NCBI GenBank assembly: GCA_014905635.1
Contig: JABVCE010000011.1
Span: 1,054,001 to 1,118,000, forward strand
Direction: 5' to 3'
Source: Scenedesmus sp. PABB004
Taxonomy: Eukaryota
DNA: 64,000 nt
Position 1 is the stretch's first letter. Each line of letters starts with the position of its first letter. A program made the position numbers and the translations under genes. Below are positions 36,247 through 46,054 of this stretch, piece by piece. The notes under the pieces are model-generated. The model saw only the letters and a program-made list of their open reading frames with translations. It was not told the origin of the DNA and made no database searches.

Positions 36247-37347
36247 ATGGGCTTCTTTCAGCGCCTGCTGCAGCTGCTGGGGCTGACGGGGCAGAAGGCG
36301 CGGGGGCGGGCCGGCGGGCCGGCGCCGAGCTGCTTCTGGCGCCGCCGCCGACGCGCGACCGCCGACCGCACGCCCGGCGCGGGCCGCAGGTCAACGTGCT
36401 GGTCGTGGGCCTGGACAACAGCGGCAAGTCCACCACCATCGAGCGCCTCAAGGCGCGCGCCGCCTCCGCCGCAGCGGCAGCAAGCGCGCCGCGCGCGCGC
36501 CGCGCTGACCCGCCGCCGCGACGACCGCGGCCGCCGCAGCCCAAGGCCCGCCAGGTCAGCGAGGTCGTGCCGACCGTCGGGCTGAGCGTGGAGGAGTTCT
36601 CACGCGGGTGTGGTGCGGCCGCGGGGCACCGGCGCGGCGCCCGCGTCGGCCGCTGCGCGCGCGGGAGGAGGGCGGCCGCATGTGCACGCGCGCGCCGCGC
36701 CGCCGCGCACCCCCGCCCCGCCGCCGCCGCGCGCCGCAGGCCGCTGTCGCTGACCGTGTTTGACATGAGCGGCGCGGGGCAGTACCGGGGGCTGTGGGAG
36801 CACTACTACCTGGAGGCGCAGGCGGTGGTGTTTGTGGTCGACTCGGCCGACCGCCTGCGCCTGTGAGCGCCGCGGGCGCCGCGCGCGCGCGCGCGGCCAA
36901 CGGCGAGGGACGAGCACCACGGCGGTCGCGCGCACGCGCGGCGTGAGCTCGGGGACGGGCCCGCGCGCGCCGCCGCGCCGCCCCCGCCCGCAGCGTGGTC
37001 GCCAAGGACGAGCTGGACAACCTGCTGCGCCACCCGCAGCTCGGGCGCCGCGTGCCGCTGCTGGTGCTGGGCAACAAGATGGACCTGCCCTCCGCGCTCA
37101 CGCCCGTGGAGCTCGCGCAGGCGCGGCCGCGGCGCGCCGCGGCGCCGGCCGCGGCGGCGGCGGCGCCGGCGGGCGCACGCAGCCGTGAGCCCGAGCGCCG
37201 CGCGTCGCGCCGCGTCGCCGCGCGCAGGCGTTCCGGCTCGAGGACGTCCGCGAGCGGCCGTGGCAGATCATGGCCTCCAACGCGCTCACCGGGGAGGGCC
37301 TCGACCGCAGCATGGACTGGCTCGCCGAGCGGCTGCTGCGCAAGTGA
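36247..37347 (+). CDS. ARL6: ADP-ribosylation factor-like 6 (BBS3) small GTPase
   Basis: MGFFQRL, VGLDNSGKSTTIERLK, VVPTVG, TVFDMSGAGQYRGLWEHYY (DMSG typical of ARL6), VDSADRLR, NKMDL, ASNALTGEGL. Five introns, three with GC donors (36298, 36453, 37121). Confidence 0.95.
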
Positions 37348-37608
37348 CGCGGCGGCGCGGGGCGGAGGGGCGGGGGGGGGGGTATGGGTTCAACGCGGGT
37401 TGCACCGGTCAAAACCGCGCGGGTTCAGCGAACCGCGTGCGAGGCGGGCGCCGCGCGCGCTCGGCAACCAAGTCACACTTGCACAGGCCGCCGCTGCCCT
37501 GCTCTCGCCGCGGCCCCTCCCACGCACGCACCGCCGGGGCTCGCACGCCGCCACTCTTCAGCTCGCACGCGCGCTGCGCCGCGGCGGCCGACGCCAGGCG
37601 CACGCGGC

Positions 37609-38117
37609 ATGGCGGTGGTGGTGCTGGGCGGCACGGTGATGGACGTGCAGGTGCGGCGGGCGGCCCGCAGCGGCGCGGCGGCGGGCGCGGCAGCGGCGGC
37701 GCCTGCCGCCGCCCACGCCAGGCCACGTCCCTCTCGCGCAGGCGCAGCCCACCAACGCCGAACTGCGGCGCGGCAGCTCGGTGCCGGGGCTGGTGCGGCG
37801 GGCGTGCGGCGGGCGTGCGGGGGCGCTGACGGCGCAGCAGCGGGGCGCCCGGCTGGCGGGCGGCGCAGCGCGGCGTGCGGGCGCCGACGGCGCGCCGCCG
37901 CCGGCCCGGCAGGTGACACACATCCCCGGCGGCGTGGGGCGCAACATAGCGGAGGCGGCGCACCACCTGCTCGTCGGCGCGCCGCTGCCGCAGCAGCACG
38001 GCCAGGCGCAGCGGCCGCCGGTGCTGCTCGTGAGCGTCATAGGCCACGACGCGGCGGGGGACGCGCTCATGGCGCACCTGCGGCACCAGGGGTGCGCGCG
38101 CGGCAGCGGCGGCCGGC

Positions 38118-38150
<33 letters not shown>

Positions 38151-39179
38151 GCCGGCCCGCACGCGCGGGTGCGGGCGCGGCCGCGAGTCCACACACCGCC
38201 CGCCCGCCCGCGCCGCCGCCGCGCGCAGCATGGCGACGTCCGGCGTCGCGCAGGTGCGCGGCGTCTCGACGCCCTGCGTCGCGGCGGTGCTGGACCGGCA
38301 CGGCGAGGTCGCGGCGAGCGTGGCGGACGTGGCCGCGCCGCGCCTGCTCACGCCGGGCCTCGTCGCGTGCTACGGCCCGGAGCTGCGCGGCGCGCGGCTC
38401 GTCGTCCTCGACGGCAACCTCGCCCCCGACACGCTCGCCGCGGCGGCCAAGCTCGCGAGCGAGAGCGCCGTGCCGGTGCTGTTTGAGCCGGTCTCGGTGC
38501 CCAAGGCCGCCGCCTGCGTGCCGGTGCTGCGCCGCCTGAGCTACATCACACCCAACGGCGCCGAGCTGCTCGCGATCGCCGACGCGGCGGCGGGGACGCC
38601 GCCGCAGCGCGCGCAGCACCCCGCGCTGCCCGACGAGCCGCAGCAGCTGCTCGCGGCGCTCGCGCCGGCCGCGGCCGTCGTGCTGCGCACGGGTGCGGCG
38701 GCAGCGCGGAGCGGGGCTCAGCGGCGCAGAGCCCCGTAGCGCACCGCGCGCAGGCGGCCAGCAGCGCCGCTCAAAACCCGCCCGCCCGCCGCCCGCCCTC
38801 CTGCACAGGGCTGAGGCACATCGTCCTCACCATGGGCCACCACGGCGCGGCGCTGCTGTGGCTGGAGCCGCTACGAGGCGCCGCCGGGCGGCAGGCGCTC
38901 GCGGCGCGCCACGTGCCCGCGGCGCCCGCGCGCGCGGTCGTGAGCCTGAGCGGCGCCGGCGACACGCTCACCGGCGGCTTTGCGGCGGCGCTCGCGCGCG
39001 GCGCCGCGCCGGCCGAGGCGCTCGCGCTTGGCGTTGCGGCCGCGCGGCTGGCGGTGGAGTGCCCGCACAATGTGCCGGGGCCGGGGCAGGGCCTCGCGTT
39101 TGCCCCGCTCGCGCACGAGGCGGCGGCACTGCTCGCGCGCGCGGACGTCTGGCGCGTGCCCCTCGGCCCGGCGCTGTGA
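37609..39179 (+). CDS. PfkB-family carbohydrate kinase, pseudouridine-kinase-like
   Basis: PGGVGRNIAE, SVIGHDAAG, VLDGNL, FEPVSVPKA, ITPNGAEL, VVSLSGAGDTLTGG. Four GT-AG introns. Confidence 0.88.
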
Positions 39180-39347
39180 CGCGGCGGCGGCAGCGGCGAC
39201 GGGTTCGCAGGAGGAGGTACGGGTGCCGCAATGCACCCGGCGCATGTGCAGGATGGTGTGGGGGAGCTGGCAGCGCGCTGGTGACCGAGCAATGTGCCGC
39301 CGGAGTTGCACGGCGGCGCGGCGCGCTCGCAACGACCCGCCAGCGAC

Positions 39348-41733
39348 TCAGCTGGCCCCGCCGCCCGCAGCTGGTGGCCCGGCGCCGGCCGCCGCCGCTT
39401 GCAGCCCGCCGCCAGCCGCGTCTTCTGCCGCCGGGCGCTCCGCTTCCATCCGCAGCTGCACCGGCTCCCGCCTCCGCCTGGCAGCGCCGCCGCCTGGGTG
39501 CTCCTGCTGCTGCTGCTCCTGCTGCTGCTGCCCCTGCTGCTCCTGCTGCTGCTGCTGCCCCTGCTCCTGCCCCTGCGCCGCCGCTGCCCTAGCCTTGGCC
39601 GCGGCGCGGCCGCGGCTGCGCGCGACGCCGAGGCTGGGCAGGCCGCGGTTGAGCCCCTCCAGCAGTATGCAGGCCTTGCACACCGGCTGGCTGGTCATGA
39701 AGCCGCAGCGCTCGCAGCTGCGACGCGGCGGCAGAGCGCGCGCGAGTGTGCGCGCGTCGCGTCGCGGCGCGGCGTCGCGGCGGCGGCGGCGGCGGCGGCG
39801 CGCGCACCTCTGCGGCGCCGGCATGGCCTGCTGCGCGCCCGCGCCGAGCGCCCAGCTCTCTGCCGAGTGTATGAGGTCCATGATCGCCGACGGCCGCGCC
39901 GCCTGCGCGCGACGCAACGCGGCGCGGCGGGTCCGCGCCCGTCCTCCTCCCCGCGCCCCCTCCGCCCCCCCCCCCCCGCCCCTGCCGCCCCTCCGCCCCT
40001 TCGCCCCTGCCGCGCCGCGCCCTGCCGCCCCACGCCCCCGCCGCTGCGCCGCCGCGCGCGCCTCGAGGTCCTTGACAAAGTCCCGCGCGAAGCCGCGCGC
40101 CGCAAAGGGCGCGTACACGCACTCGGTGCTGAAGTAGTCAAGGCACTTGAAGTGCGCGTACATCACAATCTCCTTCTCATACGTGTACTTGAACGGCTTC
40201 ACGCGCGGCAGCGGCCCGCCCTCGCCCGTGACCGCCGCGGCGCAGCGCGACAGCCTGCGGCGCGGCGCGGCGCGCGGCGCGGCGCGGCGCGGGGGCGCGG
40301 CGGGGGCGCGGCGGGGGCTCGGCGGCGCGACACGCGCGGCGCCTGTCGTCGCCTGTGTCGCGGCGCGGCGGCGCCTGCCGCGCGCTGCTAGGGCTCCGCG
40401 TGCGCGCGCACCGCGGGACGTCGCCGCGGATGATGTTGAGCAGTATCGTCTCCGCGAGGTCGTCCGCGTTGTGCCCCGTCGCGACCTTGTCGGCGCGCTC
40501 GAGCAGCCCGCCGCGGTCGAGCGCCTGCCGCCTGCGCGCGCGGCCGCGCGGCCCGTCGGCCCGTCGGCGCGCGCGCCGCGCCGCGCCGCGCCGGCTCGCG
40601 CCCCCGGGCGCCTCGCGGGCGCAGCAGCCCGGCGGCGGCGCCGGGGCGCGCGCGGGGCGCGGCGGGCGCGCGCGCCTGAAGACGCCGCAGAAGGTGCAGT
40701 TGTTGCGCGTGCCGATCGCGGCGACGATCTCGTCCATGGACCAGCCGTACAGCTCGCGGTACGACAGCACCTGCGTGGCGGGGCGGCACAGCGCGGCGCG
40801 GCGCGGCGAGGTTTGACGTGTGCGGCGCCGGCCCGACGGCGGCGGCGCGGCGCTGCGGGGCGCCGGGAGAGCGGCGGAGGGAGAGAGAGAGCGATGTGAA
40901 GCTGGCGGCGAGAGAGAGAAAGAGAGCGGGAGCCGGCCCGCGCGCTTCGTGTTGGGTACGCGGCGCGCACGGTGAGTGGGATGCCGTAGGTCGCCTCGTT
41001 GCGGCGCACGGTGTCGAGGCTGTCGTCACGGTAGCCGGTGATGCCCTCGTCGATGGAGAGCAGGAACAGGTCCAGCCCGTAGCTGCGGCGGTGGGCGCGG
41101 GGCAGGGGCGGCGCGGCGCGGGGCGGCGGCGCGGGGCAGGGGCGGAGGCGGAGGCGCGCGCGGCGTGGGCTGGGCGCGCGCGGCGCGGCGAGCGCGCGGC
41201 GTGCTGGCGGCGCGCGGGCGGCGCGGCGCATGCTGGCGGCGGCGGCGCGGCGCGGCGCGCACTCGTGGCGCTCGTTGAGGAGTGTGAGCATGTGGGCGAG
41301 CACGGTCGAGTCCTTGCCGCCCGACGCCGCGATCGCGACGCGCTCGCCGCGCGCAAAGAGGCGGTTGGCGGTGATGGTGCCGTGCACCTCGTCCTCCAGC
41401 ACCGCAAAGAAGCAGGGCTTGCACAGCTGGGGGGGGGGGGGGCGGGGCGCCGCGGCGGCGGCGGGTGCGGCGGCCGACGTGGGTGCGCGGAAGGGGTGCG
41501 GCGGCGCCGGCGCGAGGCGGGGACCGCTGGGTGCGGGCGCGCGCGGCGCGGCTGGCGCGGGCGCCAGGGTGAGGGTGAGGCGAGGGCAAGGGCGAGGGGC
41601 CACGCCCGCCAGGCTGCTGCCGCCGCTGCCCGGGGCGGCGGCTCGGGCGCAGCGGGCCGGCGCTCGCCTGCTCCAGGTTCTTCGGCCGCCGCAGCACCGC
41701 CCGGCCGCCGCAGCGCGCACAGGGCTTGGACAT
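39348..41733 (-). CDS. CTU1: Cytoplasmic tRNA 2-thiolation protein 1 (Ncs6/ROL5)
   Basis: CxxC motifs, PP-loop [77 protein letters not shown]. Seven introns, three with GC donors. Confidence 0.97.
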
Positions 41734-42163
41734 GGCGCCCTCCAGTCGCAGCGCCGGGGGCGGGGGCTGCCGGCGCCGGCGCGCGCGCCGGCGGCAGCGG
41801 GGCAGCGGCGCGCGGCAGCGGCGCCCGCGCGGAGTGGGCGGTGGTTCGCTGCGACAGCACGGGAGGTATGGCGAGTCGCAACACGTCGGAGGGTGGGCGC
41901 GCGGGAGCCAGCTAGGCAGGCAGGTCTCGCGGCTGCTGCACCGCGCGGCAGCTGCCGCGCGACAATCGCGGCGCGCCCTCGCCGGTCACGGCAGACGACG
42001 ACCCCCCCGAGCACACCGCGTCCTCGGAGCGCATCACCAAGCTTACGCACACGCCGGGCGCGCGCTGGCGAGCTGCCCCTCCCTGCTCACGCCGAGAGGC
42101 CTCGCCCCCGCCCGCGGGCGGCGCCCGGGACGCGGGCGCCTGACTGGGGCCCGCGCCCGCTGG

Positions 42164-45091
42164 ATGGTGGGGGGTGCCGGCATCCCCCTGACCACAGTCC
42201 AGCAGGCCATCGCCTTCATCCAGCGCGTCGAGGTGCGAGGGCGCCGCCCCAGCCCCGCGCCGCTCGCCGGGGGGTGTGGCACGAGATGTGCCACCGTCAG
42301 GGCGGCCGGGCGGCGGCCGGCGAGCGGCCCCGGCGGCGGCACGGCCGCCGTGAGGCGTCGGCGCCAGCCGCTGCTGCACGCCCCGACGCCGCCCGGTGCC
42401 GCCGCCGCCCGCAGCGCGAGCACCCGCACCTCGCCACCCTCGAGGAGCGCGCGTCGCTTCAGGCCGCCGCGCAGTTTCTGCTCTCCGTCGCGTCGCCGCC
42501 GCCCGCCGACGCCCAGGCGCTCTCGCGCCGCAGCTCAGACGACGAGGAGTGCGCCGGCTTCCTAGAGGCCTTCACAAGCCAGGCGCGGCCGGACAGTGCC
42601 ACGGTGCGTGGTCGCCGCTGAGCATCGCACGCCCCGCCATGGCGGCGCAGCTGCGGTGCCTCTGCGCCGCGGCGCCGCGCACGCGCAGCGCGGCCGACCT
42701 GCGCGCCGGCAGCGGGCTGCTCGCGGGCGCCGCGCTGCGCGGCGGCGGCGGCAGCGGCATCCCGGTCGCCCGGGCGGTCAGCTTCAGCGCCAAGCGCCAG
42801 CCCCTGGCGACGCTCGCGGCGCCGGCGCCGGCGTCGGCGCCGGCACGCGCGAGCGCGCCGCCCGTGGCGCGGCGCGGCACCACCGCCAGCGACGCCGTGC
42901 AGCGCGTCGTCCGCGGCGCCGCCGCGGCGGCCAGCGGCGTCTTCAGCGGCCTGCGCCGCGCGCTGCACGCCTGCCACGTGGCTGGCGTCGCGCCGCCGTC
43001 GGCCCATGCGCGCCCGCCACCCTCGCCCCTGCGGCGGCGCCGCCGGCCCCGAGGGCACGGGGGTGCGTCGCCCCGGCGGCGGACGCGTGGCCGCCGCTGC
43101 GTGGCCGCCGCTGACGCGCCGCGCCGCTGCTCTGCCGCGCAGGTCGAGCGCGAGCGGCTGCTTCGAACCTACTCGCGCATCTCGGTGCGCCGCCCCGGCC
43201 CTGGCCCGCGCCGCCGCGCCGCCCGGCCGCCCCGCCGCCGCCCGCCGGCGGCCGTGCGCCCGCCGCGCGCGCCGCCGCGCGCGCGCCGCGCGCCGCGCCC
43301 GCGCCGCCGCCGCCGCCGCCCGCCGCCGCCGCCGCCGCGCGGCGCCCGCAGCGCTCGAGCGGGTTTGAGGGCCGCAGCAGCGATGCGGCGCTGCAGTGCC
43401 GGCTGCTCGACAACCCGGAGGTTGCCGACCTCATCGCGCACGTGCGCGCCGCGCCGCGCCCCGCCGCGCCCCGCCGCCGCGTCCGCCGCGCTGGTGCTGC
43501 TGCGCTGGCCCCCTCCCTCACCCCGCCCGCCCGCCCGCGTCCGCCTGCGCTCGCCCTCGGCCTAGGTGTTTTCGTGGGACGAGTTTGACGTCTTCCGCCT
43601 TGCGAGCCTCACCGACGGCCGGCCGCTCGAGGCGCTCGCGCTGCCGCTGCTGCAGGGGCTGGGCCTGATCGACGAGCTTAAGCTCCCCGTGCCGCAGCTG
43701 CTCGGCTTTGTGCGCGCCGTGCAGGGCGCGTACCGGCGAGAAAACCCCTACCACAACGCCACGCACGCGGCCGACGTCGTGCAGGCGCGCTGGGGCGCGG
43801 CCGCCACCGCCGCACCAGAAACAGCGCGCGCCGGGCAGCGCGCGCGAGTGTGCCGCCTCCGACGGCGTCGCGCCGCGCCGCCGCGTTGCGCCGCGCAGAC
43901 GCTGGGCGCGATCCTCATGGCCGACGCGGTCAAGGACAAGCTGACGCCGCTGGAGCTGCTCGCGGTCGTCACGGCGGCGGTCATACACGACGTCGGCCAC
44001 CCAGGTGCGGCGCCGTCCCTCCCTCCGCCCTCCGCGCGCCGCGCTCGCTCGCCTGCGCCGGCCACGCAGCCCGTCCGCACCCCGTCACCGACTCCTCCCG
44101 CCCGCCCCTGCCCCTGCTCCGCCCCGCCGCCGCCCCGCCGTGCCCCGCCCCGCCCACCCAGGCCTGTCGAACGAGTACCTGATCGCCACGCAGGCCGAGG
44201 CGGCGCTCACGTACAACGACGTGAGCGTGAACGAGCACTCGCACCTCGCGCTCGGCTTCCGCCTGCTACGCAGCCCCGGCTGCGACTTCCTGGCCGGCCT
44301 GAGCGCCGAGGACTGGCGCTTTGTGCGGGGGCTGATCGTCGACATCGTGCTCGCGACAGACATGAAGGCGCGCTGCTGCACGCGTGTGCTGGACGCGCGC
44401 GCGGCGCGCGCTCCCGCCGCTGCGCGCTCCCGCCACTCACGCCGCGCTCACGCGCGCGCTCCCGCCGCTGCGCGCTCCCGCCACTCACGCTGCGCTCACG
44501 CGCGCGCTCGCGCCGCCGCGCTCGCTGCCGCGCCCGCCGCGCAGGCGCACCGCGCGCTGCTGTCTGACGTCAACACCGACATCGGGCTCTTTGGGTCTGA
44601 CACGTCGACCTGGAACGCGGTCGCGCGCACGCACCTGCTCTCGCTGCTGCTGCACTGTGCCGACATTGGCAACCTTGTCAAGCCGCGGCACCTCTGCGTC
44701 ACGTGGGCCCGCCTCGTCAACGAGGGTGCGCGCGCGGGGAGGGCGGGCACGCGGCGCAGACGCGGCGGGCGGCGGGCGGGCAGCGGGCGCGCGTGCGCCG
44801 CCCTCGCGCCGAGCGGCCGCCGGCTCGCGCTGCCGCCGTGCGCGCGCCGCAGAGTTTTGGCTGCAGGGCGACCGCGAGCACGCGGCGGGGCTGCCCGTGT
44901 CTGCGCTCAACAGCCGCGCCGCGGCCAACGTGCCGCGCAGCCAGAAGACCTTTATGTCACTCTTTGTGCGGCCCTGCTACGAGACGCTCGCGCGCGTCGC
45001 GCCCGTGAGCGGCGGCACCGCGATGGCGCACTACGAGTCCAACGTCGCGCTGTGGGACGGCCTGCTCGCGCAGGGCGTGACGACCGTCTGA
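42164..45091 (+). CDS. Class I cyclic-nucleotide phosphodiesterase (5' end uncertain)
   Basis: [65 protein letters not shown]. The N-terminal exon structure is tentative and may start at ATG 41868. Confidence 0.9.
44404..44509. repeat. 48-bp intronic tandem repeat (about 2.2 copies)
   Basis: GCGCGCGCTCCCGCCGCTGCGCGCTCCCGCCACTCACGCYGCGCTCAC repeated inside PDE intron 44368-44544. Confidence 0.8.
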
Positions 45092-45350
45092 GCGGCGCCA
45101 CGGACCCGTCGGAGCTCGGCGGGGCGAGCCCACGCCGCCCCGCGCCGGGGCCCGCGCGCCGCGCGGCGCCGCGCGCTGTGTACGACCACCGACCGACCGA
45201 CCGACCCAAGTGACGACATCTGTGGACTGGCTTGGCTGACTGACCGCGCCCGACAGACCCAACCGTCTTCTGAGCGACCGGCATACGCTCGTGGCGAGGT
45301 TGTGCGCGCGGGAGCCGGCTCCCGCGCACGACGCGTGCGTGCCACGCGGC

Positions 45351-45435
45351 CGCGGGCGCCGTCGGCGCAGGATCGCTCAAAAGCGCCGACCGCGTCGCGC
45401 GCACTTTGAGCGATCCTGCGGTGACGGAGCCCGCG
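45351..45435. ncRNA. Candidate pre-miRNA-like hairpin downstream of PDE gene
   Basis: 31-nt arms 45351-45381 and 45405-45435 include a perfect 16-bp core CGCAGGATCGCTCAAA/TTTGAGCGATCCTGCG. The loop can extend the stem (GCGC-CGAC/GTCG-GCGC). Confidence 0.5.
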
Positions 45436-46054
45436 CGCACTTTCCATCATACTGCACAGTTTGATTGTACTTGCTTGCGTGGCGGCGCGCGCACGCGCGT
45501 GGAGCGCGGTGCCCGCGCAGCGCGGCACGCCCGCCGCCGCGCCGCGCCGCCCGCGCCCGCCCGCAAGCCTGCCTGTCTATTGCCTCCCGCGTTGGGGGTG
45601 TGCATGGATTGGCTGCGTGCGCGCCGCGCACACCGTTGGAGTGCTGGGGCGCCGCGTTGGCGCCGGCAAGTACGACTGCGTTTTGAGTTGGCAGCCGCGC
45701 CCGCCCGCCGCCGCCGATCGCGCCCGACCGCTGGCGCTGCAGCGGACGCCGCGGGAGCTCTTGTCGCTCGGCGAGCGGGCCTGGGCGGGCAGCCCGCCGG
45801 GCGCCCGGGGCACGGCAGCAGCAAACCCCCTCGGCTCGAAGGCCCCTGCGCGCGCGCCCGGCCGCCCCGCGCCGCCGGCGCTGCCCAGATCGACGCTCCC
45901 CGCCGCTCCGCACCGCGCACGCCAGCCCTCCGCCCCACCCGCCCGCCGTGCGCGCGCGCCGAGCCCGGCTCTTGCCATCACCGGCCCCTGGCGCGTGCGC
46001 TGCCCGCGGACTGGCGCATGCGACGCGCTCTGGCATGAGGCCGGCCGGGCAGAC

